Source: Octopus vulgaris
Taxonomy: Eukaryota
Assembly: GCA_951406725.2 (NCBI GenBank)
Contig: OX597823.1
Coordinates: forward strand, 53,692,001 to 53,756,000
Direction of reading: 5' to 3'
DNA length: 64,000 nt
Shown: positions 1 through 16,394 of the stretch, piece after piece
How the letters are laid out: every line of letters begins with the position of its first letter
Numbering within the stretch: position 1 is the first letter of the stretch
Translations under genes and position numbers: made by a program
The notes under the pieces: generated by a model
The model's database searches: none
Seen by the model: the letters and a program-made list of their open reading frames with translations, nothing else
What the model was told of the DNA's origin: nothing

Positions 1-956
1 CTTTACCCTTACCCTTTACTACATTCAATAATATACTAAATGTTTCACCCTATGTGCCGAGTTCAATTTACTACAGGGCTAGATGAATAAGTAATAAACC
101 AGTATTACAACTAAATGTTATTCAACTATCTATCTTCTCACCCACACACAGACTGTTCTTATACTTCTTTAATAGAATCTGGTACACTGAAAGAAAAAAA
201 TTGCTGTAGCTGTTATCCCATAATCATTCTGATTATGGGATGGCTTGAATTTGTCCTCAGAAAATCAAGCAAACCAAAGTAGAAGAGATATTAAGAACAA
301 CATCTTTTTATTGATATCCACATTACCAATCTTATCTTTATTTCACATTTATTTTTCAGTATTAACTTTAATTAATTTTATTTCATTTTAATGTAAGGTG
401 GTGAAAGGTAGAATCAGTAGAAGTCCTGGAAAAAATACCTTGTAGTATAGAGCTACATATCTTTAGATTCTGAGTCCAAATTCTTCCTCTTTTGATTTTA
501 TTATTTATTTTTGTTTTTGTTTTTTGTTTTTGTTTTTGTTTTTGTGTTTTTCAATCTTCCAAAGTCAATAAAATTACATATCATTCATACTCTAAGGGTG
601 AAGTTAATTTAATCAATTCCCCCAAACACAAAAATTTCATGGCCTAGCACCTTATGTAAGAAATCCTTATTTAATTTCATTAATACATGGATTTTTATTT
701 ATTAGGCCCCATCCATCAAAACACACACACACACACATATATACACATACGTACTTCTATTTAATATCTTTAAATTCTATACTTCTCAAAATGATCAATT
801 CTGTTTTGTATTTTAGAATTTGTTTGGTCTCATTTATTAGTTCTTTTGGTGAGACAACAACACGGGGAAGGGTGAGAAAATTCTTCAAACAAACACCAAG
901 TCATTATAAAGAGTAAAAGGTTTTGTTTTTTTTTTTTTGTTTTTTTTTTTATTTAC

Positions 957-1284
957 CTCTGCGGTGTGTTGATTGTCACAACTCTATGTACCGGTGATAT
1001 GTAAAGTTTGATATGAGATCATAACTTTCACTGGCTATTAGCCACACCCATTGGTTGTTTATTAAAGACTATGAAGCTCACAATAAATAAGGACTTGTCA
1101 CTGACCATTATTATTCTCAATTATTTATTAGCGCTGCTCATCTATACACCAGATCGTTTAGACAGATCACCAGCATAAAACGATAACAATGATTGAAATA
1201 ATGATAATACGTGCTGGAAGTGGGTTGGGCGAATAAAGAATGGGGGTGGTATTCTTCTCTGCCACCCATTCACCCCCCCCCTAC
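957..1284 (-). other. Candidate spliced exon (non-coding or 5'UTR) of an unidentified transcript
   Basis: Unique sequence bounded on the minus strand by a long T-rich tract + ttttgtcAG and by gcagag|GTaaat. No long open frame; several short ATG-initiated ORFs. Confidence 0.3.
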
Positions 1285-1679
1285 CTGACAAAACAAAACA
1301 AGAGAAAACAACAATGAAAGAAACAAAAATGGAAAAGCATAAAAAAGAAAAGAAAAAAAAAACGAATCTCGTTTTCATCTCTCTTATTTCTTTCATTCCC
1401 TCAAAGACTTTTTAAACCATTCTTTCATTGTAGTTCTTCATCAACAATATACTTTCTGTTAATATTATTTATAAACTAAATTCTGTTACAAACAAACATA
1501 CGAAGAAAAAGAAAAAAAAGCAAAGGAAGTACATACTATTTTGTCCCCTCACCCCATTTTTTTTTTCCATCTTTTACCCCACTTCCATACATTATTTTCA
1601 ATTCCATTTGCATGCTATATGTGTCATCTTCAAAATTTTGAACGAGACTAGATTTGTCAAAAATATACATGCATACATT

Positions 1680-1749
<70 letters not shown>

Positions 1750-1869
1750 ATATATATATGTGTATATGTGTGTGTTTGTATGTATGTGCATGTTTGTATG
1801 TATGTATATAGGTATGCATATTTCATATTTTCATATATATATATATATACATATATATATGTATGTATG

Positions 1870-1909
<40 letters not shown>

Positions 1910-2109
1910 ATATACATATACAAATATATATATGTGTATATAAAATATGTATATGTATGTACATATACAATTCATTTATATCTATGTAAGTGTATATATA
2001 TATATATATATATGTGTGTATATATAAGTGTGAGTTGCTGTATATATATATGTTTATATATATATAAAGATATATGCATATATATATAAAGATATATATA
2101 TATGTATAT

Positions 2110-2140
<31 letters not shown>

Positions 2141-2216
2141 AGTAGGTATATATGTGCATATATATATATATAAGTATGTATATATGTGCATATATATATG
2201 TATACATATATTTATG

Positions 2217-2260
<44 letters not shown>

Positions 2261-2723
2261 TATGTATATATAGGGAACTCCAGAAAATCCTTCCACTGTG
2301 ATGTAAAATTCTTTTCGCACAATTGTGAGTTAATTATATTTGACATTTGGAGACTGTATGAAGCTGTGAAGCTACGCTATGTGGTTGGATGAAGTGGTGT
2401 TCAGATATTCCCCTCCATATGGAAGCTCTGATTTGAGTTTGTTTTTGTTTTTTTGTTGTTTTTTTGTTGTTTTTTTTTTTCACTCTGAGATAAATACTAA
2501 ATCAATGGAAAATTTTAATCGACTTTACAAAAAGTTTAAGAATTGAGGTACAATTTCTACTTTGAATCCATCAAAAAAAATTAAATTAAGACTAACTGTT
2601 ATGAAATTTATATTGTATTCTCAAAACATATACTTTTCTTTCTTTGCACATTATGATTATAAAAAAAAAATCATACTTAGGACATGGACACATATTATGA
2701 ATGTATGTATATTGATACATATA

Positions 2724-2769
<46 letters not shown>

Positions 2770-2790
2770 TATATATATATGCATATATGC

Positions 2791-2847
<57 letters not shown>

Positions 2848-2968
2848 CATATATGTATAACCAGCAGTAAAAACCATGCAAATACACATACAAAAGCCTT
2901 GTACTTGGCCAGCCCCTATCACACCGTAAACCCATGCCAGCATGGAAGACGGATGTTAAATGATGATG

Positions 2969-3019
<51 letters not shown>

Positions 3020-3072
3020 GTATATGTATATATATGGATATATACATATATAACCATATATATATATTTATA

Positions 3073-3119
<47 letters not shown>

Positions 3120-3232
3120 GAAAGTATGGTGGGTTAATTTCCCTCTTTCCATATATATTCAACCACATGTAAATACCTGCTTTCTATATTTATATATACA
3201 TATATATCTTTATATATATATATATATCTTTA

Positions 3233-3279
<47 letters not shown>

Positions 3280-4028
3280 TTAGTGGTATGTGTTTTGCAT
3301 ATTATGTACAAATATGTATGCATGGTCCACTTTTGGAGTCTTAGTATACATAGGTGTGTGTGTGTGTGTGTTCCACTTACAAAATCTTAGTTCAGTTTCG
3401 ATGTATTTAGATTTACATACATAGGTTGGAGATACAACCAATCAAATTTAAAACTAACAACATAGAAGCTAAACCAGAGAAGAATTTATTTACAAAAGCA
3501 ATAAAAGGAAAAAAAAAATAATCAATTGAATTGTTTCTCTCTCTCTCTCTTTTCCTCTCTCTCTCTTTTCCTCTCTCTCTCTTCTCTCTTTCTTTTTTTC
3601 ACTGTCACACACTAGAGACATTTTTTCACCATACTCACACACATTCATTTATCTATATGTGTATATATATATATATATATGTCTGTGTGTGTGTGTGTGT
3701 GTACATGTGTATATATGTATATATGTATGTATAAGAAGAGAGAGCAAGAAGGAGGGAGAACAAAAAGGATATAGAGTGAAATAATAAACTCATTAATCAT
3801 ATACTCACATGCATGTGTGTATGTATGTGTGTTTATATATATATATATACACACATATATTCATCCATGTATATATGCATATGCATATATATATATACAT
3901 TCATGCATAAATATATATGTATATGTATGTATATGTATATAAGTATTCATGTATATGTATATATGTATATATATGTATATATATATGTATATATGTATGT
4001 ACATATATATACATATATATATATACAT

Positions 4029-4087
<59 letters not shown>

Positions 4088-4119
4088 ATTTTGCATATAT
4101 ATATATACAATATATATAT

Positions 4120-4172
<53 letters not shown>

Positions 4173-4250
4173 AGTTTGCATACAGACACGCAGACACACA
4201 CATACACATACGTACACACGTGCATGAACATACACATAGATACACACACT
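1680..4250. repeat. Dense (TA)n/(TATG)n/(CA)n/(CT)n microsatellite blocks
   Basis: Directly visible; they generate the IYIY/THTH ORFs. Similar blocks recur throughout the window. Confidence 0.95.
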
Positions 4251-4830
4251 GACCCAAACATTCTGGAGTATTTATTTCAGGGTGAAAAAAAAAATATCTT
4301 GTGATACCTGCCATGGTGCTGGGGGGTTATCGTTTATGTTCTTACTGTCTCTGCTGTATTTTTTACAAAGGTCTACCTCATTGATAGATTTATGCAAATA
4401 AAAGCAAAAGAAAAAAAAAACTTAAAAAAAAACAACATAAATGAAAATTTATCATTTTCACTCTCTCTTTCTCCCTACCCTTCTCTCTCTCCCTCTCTCT
4501 CCCCCTCTCTCTCTCCCTCTCTCTCCCCCTTTCTCTCTCTGTATCTCTTTCAATCATTGCTCTTTTTACTTTCTCCTTTAAAAAAAGGGGAGAAAAAAAA
4601 AGAAAGACATGATGATGGTGTGTGAGTGTGTTTGTATGTGTGTGTGTGTGTGGAGGGGGGGCTATTGGCTGGTGATGGTGTTCATGATGGCGGGGTGGGT
4701 GGGGTGAAAGTGTTGGTGCTCATAATGATATTGATGATGGTGATGGTGAGGTGATGATGGGGAAAATTAAGACGATGCTAATAATGTTGATAACTGATGA
4801 TGACAATGATGATGCTATTGATGATGATGT

Positions 4831-4873
<43 letters not shown>

Positions 4874-6156
4874 ATCAAAGAAGATGGCTACAATATCTGA
4901 CGATAGTGACAATGACAACAGCTGTTCAAAATGAATTCTGATGATGGCAATGATTAAGATAATGATGATGATGATGATAATGATGATGTTCGATGGTGGT
5001 GACAGTAATAGCAACACCACTGATAATGACAAGGATAATGGTAATAGCAGTGGAGGTGATGACAGTAGTGGTCAAGGTACTCGTGACCATGATGGTAGTG
5101 ATGGTGGTGGTGGTGGTGGTGGTGGTGGTGAGAGTGATGGTGGTGTGATTTGTATCTTTGGTGGCTTCAGTAATGAATTTCCTGCAAAGTGACACAGCTA
5201 CCCAATGTTTGGTTCAAACCCGATATCAAATTGCCTGCTTTTCATGGCAATGACTACCGCCACTACCACCACCACCACCACCGCCAACAACAACAACAAC
5301 AACAACACCTCCACCACCGCCTTTAGCACTACCAGCATCACAACAACTGCTATTTAAAATTCTTCACCTGGTTGTTTGTAGAACCACCCTTTAAAAAACC
5401 TTCATACCCAATTTATACCTAATTCAAAACCCACACTCGTTCATTTTTGTGTGTGACCATTTTCAAGGTTTTTCATTCACTCATAACATTGAATCATTCA
5501 AAAATCCTCACCTGTACTTTTAGTAACATTTTCCCCAATGCCTTCATTTGCTTAAAACATCTCTTTAACCTGTTCATTTCATGACCATTTATTCAGACTT
5601 TTCTTTTTATTCATCCAAAATTCTCTCCTTTTCACTCATATCATCTCTCATGGTGATCATTTGCTCACACGATACAAAATCCTCCTCTCATTCATAAACA
5701 TCTTATTCAATAGCAACATTTTTAACTGTACATTTCCTTCTGTCTTCCGCAAATGATTTGGTTGTACCATTCTGATACTGATCCTTTCAGGGTTATTGGT
5801 AAAATTAAGCACAAGTAAAATACTGAGCTTTATTTATATTCCTATAATAATGTATCCAAGATGTCAATGGAGTTATGATAGATGAATATGACGATTGTCT
5901 TGAGAATGCATTTGAAGGACACATTGGACAATATGCATGCAAAGAAATTTTTTTTAAAATATGCTACTTGCTGCTGGAATCCCGTTCAATTCACCATCGG
6001 TCAGCTCACTCAGGGTTGTCCTGGTTGAATTGGCCTTGGGCTAAATAACAACAAATCTTCTATTTGGTACGGTGTCTTTTATATGTCTCTGTTACATTTG
6101 GGAAAGAACAGAACGATATCGAATTCCCGTCTCTTACCACTTTCCTCTCTATTTTG

Positions 6157-6200
<44 letters not shown>

Positions 6201-6912
6201 TAATATCAAGTCAGCAAACCTATATACAAAAGCAAATATCATTTTGTTGTTACCATTGTTCCTGAGTGTGTGTGTGTGAATATATACAAATTTATTTATT
6301 TATACGTGTTTATTATGTGTGTGTAGGTATGTGCAATTTTGTTCTTTAGTGTAAAGAGGAAAGAACCGCTGTGTAAGGTTAGCGCAGCGAATAAATGCTA
6401 TATATAATTAGAAGTATAACATTTCCGTATGCATGGATACAAGAATATATGGAGAATTGTATTTATTTTATTTATTTATCTATTTATTAATTTTTAATAC
6501 GCTGCAAACATTCTGCAAGTAACGTTCGCTGATCATTTAACACAAGTTAAACACTACTTACTTCCCTTTAACGCTATATATATTTTTTTTTCCTTACAAT
6601 GCTTACTCCCCTTTATCTCTGCCTAATCAGTTTGCTATTTACTGCTCTGTTTTATTGTGGATGCAAGTCTGAGGATGTAAAAATTTGATGCAGAACAAGC
6701 TGACATTTTACATCATAACATAATTATTTTCATTAGTCGAAGAAATTAACAGAAAACGATAGAATTCAAGATGATTTCAAAATAACGCTTTTATAAGCTT
6801 TCATACTTTGCAGACACATACATTTACAAAGATACGTGTGGAATAAATGTATGAATACAGTTGCGTGTGTGTGTGCTTTTATGTATATATATATATACAT
6901 ATATATAAATAT

Positions 6913-6982
<70 letters not shown>

Positions 6983-7089
6983 TTACATGTAAACTTACAT
7001 TTATATAAGTATATATACATGTATCTATACATCTGTATGTATACTGTTTTTAATATAAACACATATAACATGCATATAATACAATATAA

Positions 7090-7137
<48 letters not shown>

Positions 7138-7263
7138 TAAGATCCAAGTGTAGTATATATATAGATGGTCCTTGATTTTAAACATGAAGCCAAAAGGTTG
7201 CCATTTGCATTGCCATATGCATATATACGTACATACATACTTATATACACACACGCATGCATA

Positions 7264-7500
<237 letters not shown>

Positions 7501-7517
7501 GATATGAATATGTATAT

Positions 7518-7578
<61 letters not shown>

Positions 7579-8131
7579 ATTATAGATAAATATGAATGCA
7601 TACGTTCTACGTGCATGTAAGGTGACGTTATTATTTTTGTTGTGAATTGAAACTAATATCTACAAACATGAGTTCTCTGTAGTTACTGCCAATCTTGCCT
7701 GTTGTATCAAATTGTTTTCCTCACACAATGTCTCACTGGATAATATCATCCATTCTTTATCTAAAGAGAAAATCATCTTCTGTGTAAAGAAAAAAAAAAA
7801 AAAGAAAACATCATCTGAAAATGCCCCAATTTCATCTCATATTCTTCCACTCAGAAGTTTGTTTAAAATGCCTTATTTAGTTCATAACTCCTTGCAGTCG
7901 TGTAATGCGATGTCTAACCTGGTGATATTTCTATACGCTGTTCTAGCTAGTCATTTGAAGTCATTCCATTGTAAATTTATATTGTCTGCATCAGATAAAT
8001 ATTTTATCCGTGTAGAAACTTAGGAACAAAATCTTTAGGTAAAACACAAGTACATGTCAGTATAATAACTGAGCTGAGATGAGGGCAATGAAGATGACCA
8101 AATCAACAGGACATGAAGCTTGGTGCTTTAA

Positions 8132-8337
8132 CCCCCTGGCATTTAAACCAGCCATTTTCAGTCAAAATATTCTACCAATTTGATGTTCAAAGTGATCATA
8201 TCCAGCCTCGCACATCTACCCTATGATGCCATTCTAAACACAAACAATCACATCATTGAAATTTTGACCCTGCAAGATAAACCATGATCAATTCAAATAA
8301 ATATAACATTTGACAGAGTAATCTGAATTCTAAAGGG
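8132..8337. mobile_element. piggyBac-like MITE
   Basis: TTAA on both sides (8128-8131, 8338-8341); CCC...GGG termini; imperfect TIR CCCCCTGGCATTTAAA / CCCTTTAGAATTCAGA. Confidence 0.7.
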
Positions 8338-8556
8338 TTAATGGTATATAGTTTGATACTTCTGAATTATAATTCGAATCATTTTCCTGTCAGGTTTTTA
8401 TCCTTCTAGGGTTGATAAAAAGCCAGCAATATGTTGTGGGTTAATTCAATCGTTTCTATCTCTACTTTTTAAAATATACAGATGTATATTATCAAACGTA
8501 AAATCTGTGTATGAGTGTATGTGTAAGGACTTCGTTCTTATATATATATATACTTA

Positions 8557-8597
<41 letters not shown>

Positions 8598-9453
8598 TTA
8601 TGCATATATATATATATATATAATACACACACATATTCATGTGTATAGGTATACATATATATGTATGTATGTACTTTACAAAGTTTTCTTGAATCTTAAT
8701 TTTTCTATTGAAACAAAGATTTGTCTGGGAGCTATCTGTTAAATTATGGGCAGTAATTTGTTTAAAACTAGAGACATTATGAAAAATAACAATGAGAAAG
8801 GATTTTAGAACTGGCCAGAGTAAAATCCAGTAGGAATACCATATCTAGAATTATACTGAAATTTTATTATTATCAATCCAATAGACAAAGTTAAAAAAGC
8901 ATTTCTATTTTCTGTCTCTTAATATATTTCTCTATAGGGGAAATTATGATAAACACAAGTTTATATCATTAGTTCCCTACATATGTTTCACTGTTGTGGT
9001 TGCTCGGAACCACAATATTGGATGTTTCAAGTGTGGTTGGATGCTTAACTACAATGGATCTTTGGGGGAACATTTTACTGCATTATGTTACAAAGGTCAA
9101 ATGTTTCATATATTTTGCCTACATTTGCTTTGTATACCCTAACCAGTAGTACTAGCAAGCACAGTAGAAATCATACCACTTTACTGGAAGCAAACTGGAT
9201 GATCATAATCTATATCGAACACTCTGAACTCAACAATAGCAGTCATACATCCAACAATACACACAAGATGTACTGTGTTTCTGTATATCAATATTTGTAC
9301 ATTAAAACAGCTTGTATGACATTCACAGCAACATAACATAAATGCATCATTAATTTTAAAAGACAAAATGCACATGTGAAAAGGAGAAAAGAAAGGAAGT
9401 ACCATTTTTCTTTTACAACTCTTAATTAGAATTTGAGACTCTTTCTCACCAAA

Positions 9454-9509
<56 letters not shown>

Positions 9510-9652
9510 GTCTGGTGTGTTTAGTTTAATTGCCTACCAATGTATACAGTGAGTTTCTCTGCCCTAGGAGTTGGGAAGACACTTGGCAAGAAATAGAAAC
9601 AAAATTGAAAGAAGAAAAACTCATAGTAATAATAGTAGTAGTAGTAGTAATG

Positions 9653-9712
<60 letters not shown>

Positions 9713-9803
9713 GAATCTATTGTATACAGTGCTCAGGTGCACTACAACCAACAGATAAAGTAGCCAGAAGTGCATGAACAGTACAGAATATTTATTAAAA
9801 ACA

Positions 9804-12270
9804 AAGGTGGCGAGCTGGCAGAAACATTGGCATGCCAAGTGAAATGCTTAGCAGTATTTCGTCTGTCTTTACATTCTGAGTTCAAATTGCACCGAGGTCG
9901 ACTTTGCCTTTCATCTTTTTGGAGTCGATAAATGGAGTACTAGTTGCATACTGAGGACAATCTAATCGACAGGCTCCCCCACCCCAAAAATTTCAGGCCT
10001 TGTGCCTAGAGAAGAAAAGAATATTTATTAAAAACAAATTTACTTATTTACAAAATCTTCAAATTTTCTTAGTGAAGTTGCTCTGGGCCCATAATCTACT
10101 CTCTATTATGTAGTTATTAATTTTTAAATGCTTAAGGTGGTGCTTCAGCATGGCCACAGCTAAATGACTGAAGCAAGTAAAAGAATATTATGTATGTCTT
10201 ATATGCAACAGGATTTTTTTTTGTTAACACTATACATTATTTCATTTGCAATAGTTACCATCTCAGAATGTCTTTATTTCCTCCTTTGAATCCAAAGAAA
10301 GGTTTAATCACAGTTACAGCATTGTTAATAGAAGGAATTATCCAAAGGTTATAATCAAGAATTTGGCATATGGAATCTCAAAGACTTAATCTTTGACAAT
10401 TATGACAGAACTAAACAAATTTTTAAAAAAAAGAACCATTATTAATAGTTAGACTCAATCTCGACAAATCTATATTCATTTGAATGACATTAGGCTGATA
10501 TTAATTCATTAATTATAAATAAAATTTTCAAAATACCATTTTGAATATATTTAGTTTTGTCTTATATCTTCTTTTTATTATTAGTATTGTTATTATTATT
10601 ATTCCCCTACCTAATTTTATAATGTTACTTACATAACAATTGTTGCTATTATTAAGGGTGTATAAGGCAGCGAGCTGGCAGAATCATTAGCACACTGGAC
10701 AAAATGCTTAGCAGTATTTCACCTGTTGCTATGTTCAGAGTTCAAATTCCTCCAAGGTCGATTTTGCCTTTCATCCTTTCAGGGGCGATAAATTAATTAC
10801 CAGTTATACACTGGGGTCGATGTAATTGACTAGCCCCCTCCCCCCAATTTCAGGTCGTGTACCTATAGTGGAATGGATTATTAAGGGTGTATAAGGTGGG
10901 CAAGCTGACAGAATCATTGGCATGCAGGGCAAAATGCTTAGCACCATTTCATGTCTTTACATTCTGAGTTCAAATTCCATTGAGGTCAACTTTGTCTTTC
11001 AGCCTTATGGGGTTGATAAAATAAGTACCGGCTGAGTACTGGGGATCGATGTAATTCAACTTATCCCCTCCCCCAAAGTTTCTGGCCTTGTGTCAAAATT
11101 TGAAATCATTATTATTTTTTTTCTCGGTTATAAATGATTTCCTTTATGTTTCATTGTCTTCCAAGGGTAGTGGATTAATTAAATTAGAAGAGCATTGAAA
11201 ATAAAAAAAACTCCCAAATCAATGCCTAGTGTTTTTTTGTTTTTTTTTTAATTAAGAGCTCTTTATGTCCTGAGTTCAAATCCTTTGTAAGTTATCTTTG
11301 ACATTCATTCTTCAGGTTGGGCAGATTGATAAAATAAAATAAATACATTCCTTTTTACTTTGAATTCTGAGCCCTTGTGCCAATTATAGAAATTGTTAGT
11401 TCTTGTCTTCTACCATTATCAGAAGTTCCTTCTTCTAAAGTGCTGCCAGTATCATTAGCACACCAGACAAAATAATTGGCAGCATTTTTCCAGCTATTTT
11501 ACTTTCTGAGTTCAAATTCCACAGACATCGACTTTGTCTGTCATCCTTTTGGGGTCAATAATATATGTACCAGTTGTGTACAGGTGTCAGTGTAAGCAAC
11601 TTACCCCTCCCCAAAAATTGCTGGCCTAGAACCAAAATTTTAAACTATTATTATTATTTTTCTTGGTAATGAATGATTTCTTTCTAACTTTTCTCCTTTC
11701 TAAGTTCAAATTCCACAAACATCAACTTCACCCTGTCATCCCTCAATAATATAACTACCTTTCAAGCACTGGGGGTCATTGTAATCGACTTGTCCCCTTC
11801 CCTCAAATTTCAGGCTGTGTGCCTATAGTAGTAAAGATTATTATTAGTATGTACACAAAGGCAACAAGCTGACAGAATCATTAGCACGCCAGGTGACATG
11901 CTTAGTGGTATTTCATCTGTCATCATGTTCTGAGTTCAAATGCCACTGGGGTTGACTTTGCCTTTCATCCTTTCAGGGTCAATAAACTAAGAACCAGTTA
12001 CGCACTGGGATCAATGTAATCAACTGGTCCCCTCCCCAAAAATGTCAGGCCTTGTGCCTATAGCAGAAAGGATTATTAGTATCTGACAAAATACTTTGCT
12101 GCATTTCTGCTTGTTCTTTATCTTCTGAGTTCATATCCTATTAATGTCAACTTTGCATTTCATCCCTCCAAGGGTCAATAGAATAAATAAAGCATCTATC
12201 AGGGCTTGGAGTTGATTTCATCAAAGAATCTCTCCCACAAAATTGCTGGTTGTGTGCCTACTTTAGAGAC
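9804..12270 (+). mobile_element. Cluster of about 7 same-orientation copies of tRNA-derived SINE family A (CpG-decayed)
   Basis: Recurrent head aagg(c/t)ggcgagctggcagaa, B-box-like gagttcaaattcc, core ctttgcctttcatcctttcggggtcgataaa and tail ccttgtgcctatagtagaaaggattatt at about 9804, 10665, 10893, 11445, 11700, 11858 and 12085. Confidence 0.85.
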
Positions 12271-12522
12271 GAACTTTTTATTTATCTATTTATCTTTTTT
12301 TTTTTCATTTATCATGTCATCATTATATATCCATCATCAATATCATCGGTGTTAATATTATTCCTTCAATATCAATCCCACTTCTCTTCTCCATAATGTT
12401 AGGTTAAAGAATTAAAGAATATAGCAAACAGCCCTATCATTAGAATACTCTGAAATAATAGGATGTACTTCTTCAAGGAGAATTCAAAGAAAAACCGAGC
12501 CATTATGATTATTAAATTCAGT

Positions 12523-12576
<54 letters not shown>

Positions 12577-12740
12577 TCACATATATATCATATTTAATAT
12601 ATATTATATTTATATATATATATATATTATATTTAATATCTATAGATATAGGTATATATATTAGATATGTAAGTATGCATGTCTATCTATGTATGTGTAT
12701 ATATATATATCTATATCTATATCTAGATATATAGATATAT

Positions 12741-12779
<39 letters not shown>

Positions 12780-12920
12780 CACATACATATATACATACAT
12801 ATATATTTGTATATGTATGTATATATATGTGTGTGTGTATCTATATATAGATAGATAGATAGATATATACATATATTTATACACATACATACAAACTAGC
12901 ATTTTTGGTTTTATATATAT

Positions 12921-12977
<57 letters not shown>

Positions 12978-13629
12978 TACATATGTAGGTATATATATTT
13001 GTATATGTGTGAAATATATCCTATACATGTACATATATTTATGTAAGCATATGTGTGAGTCTATACAGATATATACATATACACAAACACATATACATAT
13101 ACATAGATGTATATACATAACCTGTGTATATAAAAAAAAATAATAAATTCCCAATTCCAAAATCTACATTTTCACTATGTTTCAATAAATAAGCCTGGTT
13201 TTTGAACTGTACTGCATGTGGTAAGAATAATGTTTGGGTGTGTTTTTTAAAATTTTTGATTATTTTATTTTGTTGTTGTTATTTTTGTTTTTGTTGTTCC
13301 TATGGTGTTTTTTCTTTATTAGTTAAATTTTTATTTTTTATTTATTTATTCATCTTCTATTTTATTTATTAATTTTTTTTTTTTTATAAAATCAGATACG
13401 ACATCATCTTACATACTTATATCATTATAAAAACATGCAGAGTTTCGAATTGCCAAGAAAAAGTGTCTCACTTTGGCCTGTAAATAATGGAAATGGAAGC
13501 TGAGAAAATATGTTTGTGTTAGAGAAGGGGAAGGAAAATCCATTATAACGATTTCTCCATGTGATATGAATCTCCAAAAATATTATTCATAATAACAATA
13601 ATAATAATATTTATAATAATAATAACGAC

Positions 13630-13692
<63 letters not shown>

Positions 13693-13708
13693 GACGATAA
13701 TAATAATT

Positions 13709-13749
<41 letters not shown>

Positions 13750-13890
13750 TAACAACAACAACAGCAACACATCATGTTTGACCTCTCTTTCTTTCCACGA
13801 CACATTCTTGTTCCATCTTGTGAAATATTCGAAACTTTCTGGACTTAACCTTCATCATCATTAATAATAATAATAATAATCATAATAATG

Positions 13891-13945
<55 letters not shown>

Positions 13946-14630
13946 TAATAGTAATAATGGTATTAATAATAATGATAGCAGCAACAACAACAACAGTGGT
14001 AATAACAGCAAAAACAACACAATGAGAATAATAATAATTATAATTATTCACATAATTATTGTAACTATTATGATAACAGCAATAATAATAATAATTGTTC
14101 TTATTACTATGATTATTATTATTATTATTTTTATTATTTTTATTAATACTATAATGATGATGATAAAAACAATGCTCATGATAATAACAACAAAATCAAT
14201 AATATTATTATAATTATAATAATATCGATAATAATAATGATAGAGCAACAACAACATTTTTTTTTTAAATGATGATAATAACAATAATAATCATATAAAT
14301 AATACATTTTCATATCGAACATTTTTTGTGGGGGTCAGTGTACAAATCGTGAAGTGTTTGTGTGTCTTCATTATATAACTTCTGTGATAGATAGAATAAG
14401 TGTTAACCTAAATTTAAAATAAAATTTGATTAAAAAAATCAAAAAAAAATTCCTTGTTTTTTCTTAATTGCTTACTTTTGTTTCTTTTATCTGTTTGACA
14501 CATAACTCAGTACATTCTCTAGAAATACCATACATAAATATATATATATATACACACACATTTATATATACCCATAAGTATATGTGTGTATATACACATA
14601 TATATATAATGAGAGACATATACTTATGGG

Positions 14631-14694
<64 letters not shown>

Positions 14695-14698
14695 TGTA

Positions 14699-14738
<40 letters not shown>

Positions 14739-15024
14739 TATATACACATTTATATATACCCATAAGTGTATGTGTGTATATACATATATATATATATATA
14801 CACATATACATTTATATATACCTATATACATACACATATACATTTATATATACCTATATACATACACATATACATTTATATATACCTGTATATATATCAT
14901 GTGACTGACCAGACTATTAGTAGTTGTTACACATTGCTGGTCTTTTGCATTGCTTTAGCTAATGAACCAACCAGGCCAACACACTCTTTGATTGAAAGGG
15001 GACTGAAGCTACATGAAATGAAAT

Positions 15025-15170
15025 GGGTGTGTGGTGGAAGAAATTTGCTTCCTAGCCAGATGGTCCTGGGTTCAGTCCCACAATGTGGGACCTTGAACAA
15101 ATGTCTTCTACTGTTGCCTTGGGCCAACCAAAACCTTGTGAATGGATTTGAAAGAAGTCCTTCATCCATC

Positions 15171-15269
<99 letters not shown>

Positions 15270-15512
15270 ATATATGTTATATGTGTGTGTCTGTGTTCTG
15301 GGTTTGTCTACCATCATTACCACTTGGCAACCAGTGTTGGTGTGTTTACATCCCCATACCTTAGCAGTTCAGCAAAAGGGTCCAATAGAAAAAGTACATG
15401 GCTTAAAACAATAAAAGTACTAGAATTGATTCATTCAACTAAAATTTCTGAAAGCAGTGCTCCAGCATGACCACAGTCTGATTCCTGAAACAAATAAAAG
15501 AAAGGATAAAAG
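15025..15512 (+). mobile_element. SINE family B copy with internal (TA)n, CpG-decayed
   Basis: Matches the 47861-48213 copy (ggttcagtccca...tgtcttctact; ttagc.gttc.gcaaaa; gtgctccagcat..ccacagtc; aaaaga-type tail). Confidence 0.75.
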
Positions 15513-15889
15513 ACATTTTAATTTATACACTTATATGTGTGGTATGTGTGTATATGTATATTTATGTATATATTTATGTGCACCCTGTTGAGACAGCAAG
15601 AGATCAATCTAAATGAGCATCATCATCATACAAGTGGAGTTAATCATTGCCAATCTTCCATGAAAACATGTCTGGCCACGGGAAATTGTTTCCTTTCTTT
15701 GAAACAGGTGAGGGTTGGCAACAGGATGAGCATCCAGCTATATAAAACCTGACTCTACAATTTCCATCTAACCCATGCAAGTATGTAAAAGCTAAACAAT
15801 CATAATGAAGAAGACAAGTTTAAGTTCAAATTCATTTGAGTACTATCATGTGCTTGCTGTAACTGAGCATATCTTGCTCTCACATATTG

Positions 15890-15974
<85 letters not shown>

Positions 15975-15977
<3 letters not shown>

Positions 15978-16163
15978 CATCATCATCATCATCATCGTTT
16001 AATGTCCGTTCTCCATGCTAGCATGGGTTGGACGGTTCGACCAGGGATCTGGGAAGCCAGAAGGCTGCACCAGGCTCCAGTCTTATCTGGCAATGTTTCT
16101 ACAGCTGGATGCCCTTCCTAACGCCAACCACTATGTGAGTGTAGTGGGTGCTTTTTACGTGCC

Positions 16164-16165
<2 letters not shown>
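15975..16165 (-). mobile_element. 3' end of an RTE-type SINE/LINE with (GAT)n tail
   Basis: Minus strand ggttggcgttaggaagggcatccagctgtagaaac...cccatgctagcatgg...ggacattaaacgatgatgatg. Related pieces at about 2860-2970, 15700-15810 and 26390-26520. Confidence 0.65.
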
Positions 16166-16208
<43 letters not shown>

Positions 16209-16363
16209 CATATATATATATATACATATATATATACATATATATATATACATACATATATATATATACATACATATATATACATATATATATATATATA
16301 TGTATATATGGATATATGTATACTTATGTATATATTTTTATGTCTATATGTATATATATATAT

Positions 16364-16394
<31 letters not shown>

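Noticed and set aside
5512-5570. Minus-strand CAG|GTGAGG donor with a short open frame
   Set aside because: No polypyrimidine tract upstream and no recognisable peptide.
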